Program-made: the position numbers and the translations under genes
Shown here: positions 11,557-20,080 of the stretch, one piece after another
Position numbering within the stretch: the first letter of the stretch is position 1
Layout of the letters: the number at the start of each line of letters is the position of its first letter
Origin: Candidatus Altimarinota bacterium
Lineage (GTDB): Bacteria; Patescibacteriota; Gracilibacteria; BD1-5; UBA6164
Assembly: GCA_035905775.1 (NCBI GenBank)
Contig: JAMIGJ010000044.1
Location: 2 to 64,001 of the forward strand
Length of the DNA: 64,000 nucleotides
Direction: 5' to 3'
The notes under the pieces: generated by a model
What the model was told of the DNA's origin: nothing
The model's input: only the letters and a program-made list of their open reading frames with translations
Database searches by the model: none

Positions 11557-13055
11557 AATCTCTTTTTGAAATGATGGCAAAACATCATAAAACGTGTTTG
11601 CTTCCAAAACCTGTAAAAATACTGGTGCGTATCACGTATATCCTCATATTTTTCTATTTGCTTCTGCTTATTTTTGCAGCACGACTTGAGGGATACGCAA
11701 CATTTCCAGGAGTATTTCTCAATACTTTGGAGTATACGAAAACAGAGCAATATATATCCAATCTTCCCGTGCAAGATATTTTTGTGCAGAGTGGAAAAAA
11801 CACCATTCACGCGTGGTATATCGATAATAAAGCCCCTAAAACGGTGTACTATTTTCATGGAAATGGGGGAGAACTGAGATATTTTCAAGAGGAAATCGAG
11901 TTTATCTCTGCTTTGTGATATAATGTTTTAGCGCTCGAATATCCAGGGTACGGAAAGTCAACAGGATTTCCTTTTCCTTGAGATATAAAAAATGCTGCTG
12001 AGGATATGTATGCTTATGCTCAAAAAACTTACTGACTCAGTGAAGAAAATACGATTATCTGGGGCTATAGCATCGGAACCTGAGTTGCGACAGAGTTCGC
12101 AATGTGAAAAGATATTGATTCACTCGTCCTGCTGGCAAGCTATACTTCACGGTATGATTTATCGAGCTTTCGCTTTGGAGTCCCTCTGCAAAAACTCTTT
12201 TTTCTTCCTAATAGTTTTGTAACGCTCGAAAATATACAGTATGTTTCTGCTCCAAAATATATCATGCACGGGACTGCAGATACGATCGTTCCATATTTTA
12301 TGGGAAGAGAGGTGTTTGAGTCTGCAAGATGAAAAAAGTATTTTTTTGAAATTCCAAATGGAGATCATTTTCGATTTTTTTATCTTCCAGAGGCACGCAA
12401 GCAGATACAAAATTTTTTGCAATACCATACTCTTGATGAGCAAGAAATACAAAAAATGGAGCAAACACGTTTTCTTGAAAGTCTTGATTTGGAGTCCGAT
12501 ACGTCATTTCAAAAGTATATAGATCCCGAGAGGGCATTTAGCCAAAAATGGTATGTTCCTGAAGATATGAGAAGTCTCTCAGTAACGTATATCATCGATG
12601 TAAAAGGAGATTTACAGTTAAGGAACGAAGCAGCAAGCCAGTTTGAAAAACTTGCAGCAGCATTTCACCAGGATATGGGGGAAAAAGTAGTGGTTGTGAG
12701 TAGTTATCGAAGCTATAGCTATCAAGTTGGGATTAAAGCAGGAGGTTGTCCTGATGCACTCTGCGCAAAAGCAGGTCACAGTGAGCATCAATCTGGTCTT
12801 GCGCTCGATGTCTGGTCAGCCAGTTCAGATGCCTATTGGAAATCCTCTACGAAACTCATGAGATATTATGATTGGTTTTCACAAAACGCACATCTCTATG
12901 GATTTCATAATAGCTATCAAAATGGGAGATCTATCGATGGATATGAAATCGAGCCTTGGCATTGGAGATATCTTGGAGTTGAGCTTGCAAGTTATCTCAA
13001 AAATCATGATATGACTTTTGCACAGTACTTTGCACGTACCAAAAAAGAGCCTTAG
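11544..13055 (+). CDS. fusion protein: N-terminal TM, alpha/beta hydrolase and VanY-like D,D-carboxypeptidase (M15B)
   Basis: One frame from 11544 to 13055 with 6 TGA and no TAA/TAG, checked codon by codon. Has HGNGG, the nucleophile elbow GYSIGTG, then HSEHQSGLALD and EPWHWRY. Confidence 0.75.
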
Positions 13056-13073
13056 GATCTTTTTTGGTTGTTT

Positions 13074-13367
13074 TTAGTTTTGAAATTTTTCTTGTTCTTC
13101 GATTTGTATCTCTTTTTCTACTTCGTCTTCAATTTCTTTTTGGAGGAGGATTTGAGTGAGGAGCCTTTTTTTATAGAGCTTATCTTTTTCAGCGAGTTTA
13201 TTTTTATACCATAGTATCAGAAAGGGGAGAGCAATAAAACTCAGAAGAAAAAATACAATAAGTGCAAGACATATATGAAGAATAACTCAAAATGATTGAG
13301 AAGATATGCCTCATACTTGAGTCATAATTTCAGCATATGAATTATAATGATACTCAAACCCTATCAT
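13074..13367 (-). CDS. small membrane protein (97 aa)
   Basis: ATG to TAA with one hydrophobic helix followed by a charged coiled tail. Directly downstream of the sortase gene. Confidence 0.5.
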
Positions 13368-13376
13368 AGTATAAAA

Positions 13377-14384
13377 TTATTTTTCTATTCGTAAAAGTTC
13401 CCCCGTCAAGACAAGACGATTGAGCGTTGTTCCAATGGGCCAGCAAGTCATGAGAGATATTTGCGCTTTTCCTGCTTCGACATTATTTTTTAAAACAGAG
13501 ACATCACCCGGTCGTATTACATTTTTTGTTTGTATTTTATAGATATATTTTTCTTGGCCATAATATACGATAACTTCATCATCAAACGATACTTTATCAA
13601 GAAGTGCAAATACATCGTTATATTCTCACTCAAGCCATGGAAAGTTTGATGAGTGACCAAATATAAATGAATTTCCGACTTCACCAGGTTTTGCAGATCC
13701 AGGATATCGTACCACTCCGTTTTCAAGTTCTTTCATGAAAATATCATTGAGTTCATCCACTCCTTGCACATTTGGGTGAGTGATATCCACGAGTGGTATA
13801 TTTTTTCCTATTTTTGGAATGACAATACGATTTTCATAGGGAGTGATTTCTATATCAAGAGCCACATCATCATTTTTTGCTACGAGTGCAGCGATAGAGT
13901 GTTTTTCTCCTCCAGAAAGTACAGATCAAGATGCTTCTTCTGAGAGTTTTCCAAATGTCTGAGCCTGAACTCTTTCTTGTTTTCCTTCTCCTACATTGGC
14001 AGCAGCTACTGACTCGATGAGTGAATTTTTCGTTTGTTCTAGTTCTCCAGCGTATATGACGCTTTTTGCAATATTCCAGTAGGCAGAATAATTAGAAACA
14101 AGTAAAAGAACTCAAAAAATAATAGCCGAAGTAGAAAAATACTTTATCAGAAATATGAGAGTTGAAAGCATTCATTTTTTTTTCGTTTTGACTTCTTGAG
14201 TTGTTTGTATGCTTTCAAAGGCATCTCACATATTTTCTCAAGCCAAAATATCAATATTGCCTGCTTCTTTCTCTTCTCTCTCTTCAGATTTTTCGGTCAA
14301 TACGTCATTTTTTCCCTCTAAAAAAGGTATTTTTTGTATTTCTTGGGCATCAAGCGCTGCAAGAATATCATCTTGGTATTGCAT
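13377..14384 (-). CDS. sortase-family transpeptidase
   Basis: Motifs PGEVGNSFIFGHS, ISLMTCWP and NRLVLTG, with a TM anchor LSTLIFLIKYF. Start is uncertain: in-frame ATGs at 14435, 14384, 14231 and 14171. Confidence 0.7.
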
Positions 14385-14528
14385 AGAGTATATTTTTATT
14401 TGTATTTTTGTTTTGGTACTTCTAGAGTAACACATATTTTTTTCTCCTGCAAAGAAAAGAACTTGATTTCCTCATATTTTTGGGTACTATCACTTCTAAT
14501 ACATTTACCGCATAGAAAAACCCTTCCC

Positions 14529-14981
14529 ATGGCAAGAAAATATGAAAAAAGTTCGGGATGAGTGGTGTACAGAAAAAATAATGGAAAGACGGAAATATTG
14601 CTCTTAAAGTGGCTCAATTCACGCAAGCAAGAAGAGTATGTGATTCCCAAAGGAAAGATTGAAGACGGAGAAGTCGCAAAAGATACTGCAGTACGAGAAA
14701 TCTCGGAAGAAGCAGGAGTTGCGATGCAAGATCTTGAAATTATTAAATTTGTCACGAAGCTCAACTACACGTACACCGCAGGATACCTCAAAGGAACTCC
14801 TCTGATTGATAAAGATGTTTATATCTTTATCATTCGCTATCACGGAACAGCAGCTCCAGTTGTTCGAAAAGAAGAGCGATTTACTGGCTATGAGTGGGTA
14901 GATATTGAGAAGATACAAGATATTCCGATTCGTTTTGATCTAAACGGGATTATTTACCGAAACAAACCGTATTTTATTTAG
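14529..14981 (+). CDS. NUDIX hydrolase
   Basis: Nudix box GKIEDGEVAKDTAVREISEEAGV. ATG 14529 is joined to the track ORF through TGA 14559-14561. Confidence 0.85.
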
Positions 14982-15052
14982 CCTTCACCTAAGCTTTCCC
15001 AAGATAGCCCACATACAATTTTTCACCCTCAAGGTGTAGGGGAGAAATGGGG
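14982..15052 (-). repeat. PE-1-related palindromic element (divergent variant)
   Basis: The minus strand reads CTCCCCTACACCTTGAGGGTGAAAAATTGTATGTGGG. It resembles the copy at 27088-27145. Confidence 0.35.
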
Positions 15053-15082
15053 CTCAAGATATATTTTCTAAACAATATACGT

Positions 15083-15556
15083 ATGATAGAAATTAGCTAT
15101 AAAACTCCAGATATCCTCGTGATAAAAAATTCTGATAAAAAAGAAGTACTGTTTCATACCCAAGAGAGAAAAGTATTTTTGGAAGAATTTGATGTGACGC
15201 ATCCTGGAGAATATGAAAAATCAGGAAATCTCCTCGAAGTTCGAAACTATACAGATATCTTATTTTACAAATTTTTGATAGATGGAAAACACCTCTGTAT
15301 TGTGACTTCTGATGCTTTTGATCTCAAAGAAGACATTATTTCATTTTTTGGAGATGTAGATATCCTCATCATTATAGGTTCAAAAGATGCCGTGAAAGTC
15401 TATGAAAATATCGAAGCAAAAGTCGTAATCCCTTACGGAGAAGGGAAGGATCTGTTTTTAGGTGCAGCAGGACAGCATCCAGAAGGCATAAAAATATACA
15501 AGCTCAATGCTGAGCTTGACGGAGATAGAACGGATTTTATCAATTTGGAAGGGTAA
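15083..15556 (+). CDS. hypothetical protein (possible MBL-fold-like hydrolase)
   Basis: 157-aa ORF starting at MIEISYK with no TGA. The function call is weak. Confidence 0.55.
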   Translation: MIEISYKTPDILVIKNSDKKEVLFHTQERKVFLEEFDVTHPGEYEKSGNLLEVRNYTDILFYKFLIDGKHLCIVTSDAFDLKEDIISFFGDVDILIIIGSKDAVKVYENIEAKVVIPYGEGKDLFLGAAGQHPEGIKIYKLNAELDGDRTDFINLEG

Positions 15557-15570
15557 AAAAGCTATTTACA

Positions 15571-15609
15571 AAAAAAACTCTCTCAAAGAATTTTCTTTGA
15601 GAGAGTTTT
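15571..15609. terminator. bidirectional terminator hairpin, copy 1 of an identical 38-bp repeat
   Basis: Sequence AAAAAACTCTCTCAAAGAATTTTCTTTGAGAGAGTTTT sits between convergent genes. It is identical to the copy at 17059-17096. Confidence 0.75.
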
Positions 15610-15611
15610 AT

Positions 15612-16175
15612 CTATTTCTTTTTTCCCTGAATGTAATCTTTAATTTCTTTGATTTTTGTGTCATTCTTTATTTCCTCTGCAATAGTATTCTTATCCTTTT
15701 TTAAAGTTTTTGTCCCATTTTCATGAGAAATAATAGTATACCATTTCTTATCCATATTATATTTTGTAGCAATAATATAGTATCATCATATTTCTAATAA
15801 TCCATTATTTCATTCTATTTTACCTCTCATTGCATCTCATTGGCTGATATATAAAATACCATTTTCATATCCTGCTTCTTGTTCAATAATAATATTTTCC
15901 TCGACATTACCAGAAATAGCTTCTAATACTTTAGCACTATATTGAGTCGCAGGAAGTGATCATAAATATTCATTTCATACTTCCTTTTCAACTTTTACTA
16001 CCATAATTGCATCTGCAAATTCTACTAGATTTTTTGTTTGAGAAAAATCCATTATATATTGAGCATCATAAATTGACGAAATAGGAAATTTAATCACATT
16101 ATAATGTATTCAAGTAGTAATAGTCCCAATGATTCAGAATATGAAAATGAAACTAATAAAAATATTTTTATTCAT
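15612..16175 (-). CDS. hypothetical membrane-anchored or secreted protein (187 aa)
   Basis: Absent from the standard-code track. 8 in-frame TGA, N-terminal hydrophobic anchor, ATG to TAG verified triplet by triplet. Confidence 0.6.
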
Positions 16176-16208
16176 ATGAATTGAAATTAGTTAATAAATG
16201 ATTCTTTT

Positions 16209-16706
16209 TTACCATAAATAATTATAATCAGCCTTATCTTGAGTTCATAATGATGTTTTTGCAGTTTGACTTGAGTACATAACATTGTTTATTACATTAT
16301 GATCGGCAAGCCCTAAAGTATGTCATAATTCATGAAGAAAGGTATTTGTTCTAGGAGAATTAGATTGATTTTCTAAATAAGCTTTATTTATTTCAACAAG
16401 ATCTGAACCGATTCTAAATGTTGTTCGTCATGTCCAGCTAGAATTTGCAACAGTGACATCTTTAATTTGTATATCTTCGATTGTTGAAGCTGTATCAGCA
16501 GCTATTGAAATAGATCACATTGCATTCCAAGTTGAGATAGCACTGGTAAGTTGAGTGGAATACTTTGTACTTCATCACCATCTAATTTCTCAAGAATCAA
16601 CAGAAGAAACTCATAAAACATAATTTGCAGCAAAAAGATTCGTTGAATACAATAAACAGAATGTTCATATAGCCATTACTATATAAAAAGATTTTTTTAT
16701 TTTCAT
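16209..16706 (-). CDS. secreted small zinc metalloprotease, snapalysin/matrixin-like
   Basis: Signal-like N-terminus and the motif HELG(TGA)HTLGLADH (HExxHxxGxxH). 9 in-frame TGA in 165 codons, TAA stop. Confidence 0.7.
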
Positions 16707-17058
16707 ACGAAAAAATCAAGAAATAAAATTGTACTTTGCAAAGTATATATATTTTCTCTTTTTATATCGGCAAAGCAAATTCTGAAAAAAAAAACAGATA
16801 GACAAAAACTCAAAAAACTTTTCAATAAAATACAAATATATTTAAAAAAAATTGCAAAACTCAAAAAAAATGATACAAATAGGGTCTGTGTGGAATAAGA
16901 AATAAAAGTTTTGCAAGACATTTTTTTCAAATCTATCTTCATGAGAGATACACAATATGTTCTCTCTTCGCCCACAGGAGGAGAGATTTTTATAGCATTT
17001 TTACAAAATAGTAACATCTTATCCCTTTCTTATAAAACGAAAGTTACGAAATAAAATT

Positions 17059-17096
17059 AAAAAACTCTCTCAAAGAATTTTCTTTGAGAGAGTTTT
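17059..17096. repeat. copy 2 of the identical 38-bp hairpin (terminator downstream of tRNA-Gln)
   Basis: Exact repeat of 15571-15609, located 13 nt from the tRNA-Gln 3' end. Confidence 0.75.
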
Positions 17097-17109
17097 TTAG
17101 TTTTAAAAT

Positions 17110-17183
17110 TGGCTGGGATGGAGGGGATCGAACCCCCGATGCCGGATTCAGAGTCCGGAGCCTTACCACTTGGCGACATCCCA
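17110..17183 (-). tRNA. tRNA-Gln (anticodon CUG)
   Basis: Cloverleaf with acceptor TGGGATG/CATCCCA, anticodon loop CTCTGAA, T-loop GGTTCGATCC and an encoded CCA. Confidence 0.9.
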
Positions 17184-17236
17184 AAAAATAAACTCTCACT
17201 TGAATTCTCTTCCGTGAGAAGGGCAAGATGCTAGCA

Positions 17237-17284
17237 TGTAGCTTCTTGCTCCTTTCTTCAAGAGGAAAGATTCAGGAAAGAGTT
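17237..17284 (+). repeat. PE-1 palindromic element copy
   Basis: TGTAGCTTCTTGCTCCTTTCTTCAAGAGGAAAG followed by ATTCAGGAAAGAG. Lies between tRNA-Gln and the rplL stop. Confidence 0.65.
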
Positions 17285-17291
17285 ATTCAAA

Positions 17292-17669
17292 CTACTTGAT
17301 TTCAACAGTTGCTCCAGCTTCTTCAAGTTTTGCCTTGATTTCTTCAGCTTCAGCTCGGTCAATACCTTCTTTTACAGCACCTCCTGCATCTACAAGAGCT
17401 TTTGCTTCACCAAGTCCAAGTCCAAGAAGTTCTTTTACTACCTTGATAACAGCAATTTTTTGTCCTCCTGCATTAGCAAGGATAACGTTTACTTTCGATG
17501 GTCCTTCATCTTCAGCAGCAGCTCCACCACCAGCAGCAACCATTACAGGAGCAGCAGCAGAAACTCCAAATTCTTCTTCCATAGCGTGTACGAGGTCGTT
17601 GAGTTCAACGATAGTAAGCTCTTTTACAAGCTCCATAATCTTAGCAGCGTTTTTTGATAATTCAGCCAT
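17292..17669 (-). CDS. rplL: 50S ribosomal protein L7/L12
   Basis: [19 protein letters not shown]..., an Ala/Gly hinge, and C-terminal domain [19 protein letters not shown]. No TGA. Confidence 0.95.
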   Translation of the reverse strand: MAELSKNAAKIMELVKELTIVELNDLVHAMEEEFGVSAAAPVMVAAGGGAAAEDEGPSKVNVILANAGGQKIAVIKVVKELLGLGLGEAKALVDAGGAVKEGIDRAEAEEIKAKLEEAGATVEIK

Positions 17670-17804
17670 TTTTGCAGAAATTATAAAAATAAAAATATAT
17701 TTCATCAAAGAAATTTTTTCCAATATCCCAAAACATTGGGATGTATCTCCACGAAATAGGGGATACTGAATACATCTCTTCTATGCTAGCTTTTGAGGCT
17801 AGTC

Positions 17805-17887
17805 AGGATTCTAAAAATGCTGTAGAGAACGAATGTATTCGTTCAGGTATGAATATTTTCATACCCTACAGACCATTTTTAGAACCT
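17805..17887. repeat. nested palindrome (three-way junction) in the rplJ-rplL spacer
   Basis: Outer stem AGGATTCTAAAAATG/CATTTTTAGAACCT, then CTGTAG/CTACAG, enclosing hairpins AGAACGAA/TTCGTTC and GGTATGAA/TTCATACC. Confidence 0.6.
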
Positions 17888-17902
17888 TAGACTAAACACA
17901 AA

Positions 17903-18556
17903 TTACTCAGCTTTTGCTTCTTCTGTTGCAGGAGTTTCAGTAGGTACTTCTTCAGACTTTGCTTCAGTTGGAGCTTCTTCTGTTTTCGCTTCAGGAGCTG
18001 CATCTTCAACTTTTGCTTCTTTCTTTGCTTCGAGTTTTCCAACTACATCTTTTCCTTGAGTTTCAAGGTCTTTCGCAGCAGCATCAAACCAGCGAGCCAA
18101 TCCAGCAAGAGGAGCTTGCATAGATCCAACGAGTCGTCCAAGAAGGGTTTCTCGGCTTGGCATACCAGCAATTGCTTTGGTTGCTGCTTCATCCTGAAGT
18201 TCTCCTTCAAAGATAGAAACCGTCCAATTTACTTTTTCACCTTTCGTTTTTGTAACGACTTCATTTACTTTTGCAAGTCCTGCAATCGCATCATCGTTCG
18301 AACATACCATTCCAATTTGTCCTGGAAGGGTTTTGAGATCAATATCGATATTGAGCACATTTTTAATCGCTTTCACGATAATCGTCTTTTTTGCAACCGT
18401 ATAGTTCGCGTTTACAGATCGAAGACTTTTTCTCATTGCTTCAAATTCACTTACAGAAAGTGCGTTTGTTTTTGCAAAACCTATTGATTTTGCTGCTTTA
18501 ATTTTCGCTTCTAGATCTGCGATAATCTCTGCTTTTTGTTGTTTTGTTACTGCCAT
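17903..18556 (-). CDS. rplJ: 50S ribosomal protein L10 with acidic C-terminal extension
   Basis: L10 N-terminus MAVTKQQKAEIIADLE. Upstream of rplL. 217 aa with an E/A/K/T/P-rich tail. No TGA. Confidence 0.9.
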   Translation of the reverse strand: MAVTKQQKAEIIADLEAKIKAAKSIGFAKTNALSVSEFEAMRKSLRSVNANYTVAKKTIIVKAIKNVLNIDIDLKTLPGQIGMVCSNDDAIAGLAKVNEVVTKTKGEKVNWTVSIFEGELQDEAATKAIAGMPSRETLLGRLVGSMQAPLAGLARWFDAAAKDLETQGKDVVGKLEAKKEAKVEDAAPEAKTEEAPTEAKSEEVPTETPATEEAKAE

Positions 18557-18822
18557 AATATTGGTTTAAGCAAGTAGGGTATAATATGTAAGCATATATA
18601 AAAAATCTCTTTGCGAGAGCAAAGAGAAAGTTTTTGGTATTTTAAAAATACATTCAAAAAATCGACTCTTTTGTCTCGATAGGTCTTACGTGACTTTGCC
18701 TATGGTCTTCAACAAAATATATGTTTACGGAGAGTATTATAGTGATATTTTTATGCAGTCAAGTTTTTTGCGAGAGAAATATATTTTTCATTATCTTTGC
18801 TTGATATTTTTCAAAAAAATGT

Positions 18823-18850
18823 TTGACAATTCTCGCAAAACCTATAGCAT
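18823..18850 (+). promoter_or_regulatory. sigma70-like promoter of the ncRNA gene
   Basis: TTGACA at 18823-18828, a 16-nt spacer, then TAGCAT at 18845-18850. Confidence 0.4.
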
Positions 18851-18856
18851 ACTAGG

Positions 18857-19198
18857 TATCCTCTCGGTAAAACAGCGAGTTGGACACGAGTAGCTCCCAT
18901 GGGTGGGGGCTAAAGATAAACGCGCAGAAGCGCAAAGGAGTAAAGTTATGTTCTGTCAAACAGGGAACCAAAATCCAGCCCCATTTATGGGGCAGAATCA
19001 ACAGGAACCCGAAAACGGGTCGGATGTCGAGCAGCCTCGAATGCAACTGAAACCTCAACGTGATGTTGAGTGTGAATGTTGCGGCTTTCCCAAGTCAATG
19101 CACATGGGGCCTTGCGGAGTTAATAGCAGATAACTGTCTATAACTCCATGAAATCGACCCGCGCAAGTTTACAGGCCTGCGCGGGTCATTCTTTTTTT
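18857..19198 (+). ncRNA. rnpB: structured ncRNA, candidate RNase P RNA
   Basis: Locally GC-rich with its own promoter and terminator. Blocks resemble RNase P: GGAGTAAAGTTATG (P4 5' strand), CAGGGAACC, ATGCAACTGAAAC, GTGAATGTTGCGG, CCAAGTCAATG, and GCAGATAACT that can pair with AGTTAT. Confidence 0.45.
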
Positions 19199-19212
19199 AA
19201 ATATTCTACTAC

Positions 19213-19247
19213 AAAAAAATCTCATACATATATGTATGAGATTTTTT
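19213..19247. terminator. bidirectional terminator (rpmE)
   Basis: AAAAAAATCTCATACATATATGTATGAGATTTTTT, a perfect hairpin flanked by A and T runs. Confidence 0.7.
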
Positions 19248-19263
19248 AAAGGTGTTTCAAAAA

Positions 19264-19527
19264 TTATTTTTTTGCGTTTTGCATTTCTTCCATCTTTTTC
19301 TGACGTGCGTAAAATTTGTCCACTGCACCAGTCTTGAGGATTCTCTTTTCTCCTGTATAGTGAGGATGAGACTGAGATGATACTTCGATAAATACACTTG
19401 GATACTCTACTCCTTCGTAGGTGTAGGTTCCGGTTGTCTTAATCGTAGAGTTTACGATCAGTACGTACCCGATAGCTTGCTCCACAAAAGCAACTTTTCG
19501 GCTCACTGGGTGAATTCCTTCTTTCAT
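19264..19527 (-). CDS. rpmE: 50S ribosomal protein L31, type B (no CxxC zinc ribbon)
   Basis: MKEGIHP...SSQSHPHYTG. The zinc-binding cysteine pairs are absent. Confidence 0.9.
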   Translation of the reverse strand: MKEGIHPVSRKVAFVEQAIGYVLIVNSTIKTTGTYTYEGVEYPSVFIEVSSQSHPHYTGEKRILKTGAVDKFYARQKKMEEMQNAKK

Positions 19528-19614
19528 AGTTTCTTTTTTTACTTGCCCGCTTGATACGGTGCAAAAATATAAATATTTGGAAAAATAACAGATTAACTGT
19601 TAGCGGGATATATA

Positions 19615-19698
19615 TGGTGCCCAGGAGAAGACTCGAACTTCCACACCATACGGCACTGGTTTCTAAGACCAGCGTGTCTACCATTCCACCACCTGGGC
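19615..19698 (-). tRNA. tRNA-Leu (anticodon UAG)
   Basis: Acceptor GCCCAGG, anticodon loop CTTAGAA, long variable arm, T-loop GTTCGAGTC, encoded CCA. Confidence 0.9.
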
Positions 19699-19713
19699 AT
19701 TGCATAAAAAATC

Positions 19714-19798
19714 TGGTGGGCAGAGAGGGATTCGAACCCCCGAAAGCGAAGCTAAGGGATTTACAGTCCCCCCCATTTGGCCACTCTGGAATCTGCCC
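19714..19798 (-). tRNA. tRNA-Tyr (anticodon GUA)
   Basis: Acceptor GGGCAGA, anticodon loop CTGTAAA, long variable arm, T-loop GGTTCGAATCC, encoded CCA. Confidence 0.9.
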
Positions 19799-19876
19799 AA
19801 ATAAAAAACCTCACCCGAACTCTTTTTATGGAGAGACCCAAAGGATTTTTTGGATGAGGAGTTTCAAAAATTTCAA

Positions 19877-19952
19877 TGGAGCCACTTGTCGGATTTGAAC
19901 CGACGACCCTTCGCTTACAAGGCGAGCGCTCTACCAGCTGAGCTAAAGTGGC
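19877..19952 (-). tRNA. tRNA-Thr (anticodon UGU)
   Basis: GCCACTTTAGCTCAGCTGGTAGAGC, anticodon loop CTTGTAA, T-loop GGTTCAAATCC, encoded CCA. Confidence 0.9.
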
Positions 19953-20080
19953 TTACTGCTTTTTTGTAGCGCGTGAAATATTATGAAGATTCAAATGAAA
20001 GTCAAATTTTTTTCTCACATTTTATTTTTGAGTTTTTTTCGTATACTTTCGTGGCTATTTTTATAAATCTAGAACTATTT

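Noticed and set aside
16703-17017. 104-aa Phe/Leu-rich ORF upstream of the metalloprotease gene.
   Set aside because: The composition is a by-product of long T/A homopolymer runs, and I recognise no start context. The region is more plausibly the long promoter/leader of the protease gene.
15571-17096. Calling the hairpin-flanked islet a bona fide mobile element.
   Set aside because: No integrase, transposase or other mobility gene is present in or near it. Only the direct repeats and tRNA adjacency are observed, so it is reported as a hypothesis and not annotated as mobile_element.
17296-17769. 157-aa plus-strand ORF rich in Ala/Ser/Pro.
   Set aside because: It is the antisense mirror of rplL, which is unambiguous.
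18903-19133. 76-aa ORF with a Cys-rich C-terminus (ECECCGFPKSMHMGPCG) considered as a RiPP or bacteriocin precursor.
   Set aside because: It lies in a locally GC-rich segment whose codon usage is unlike all neighbouring genes. It has RNase P-like sequence blocks and many stable hairpins, and no modification or export genes are adjacent. A structured RNA is more likely.
18857-19198. tmRNA, SRP RNA or 6S RNA as the identity of the ncRNA.
   Set aside because: There is no tRNA-like 3' end (GGTTCGA...CCACCA) or tag ORF ending in a stop as tmRNA would have. The AGCAGCC block is too far from any GNRA loop for SRP domain IV. The segment is too long for 6S RNA.
19799-19876. 78-nt spacer between tRNA-Thr and tRNA-Tyr with an imperfect long hairpin (CCTCATCC...GGGTGAGG then T-run on the minus strand), considered as a small RNA or internal terminator.
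   Set aside because: The pairing is weak and interrupted. It may simply be a processing spacer of the tRNA transcript, and the evidence is insufficient.
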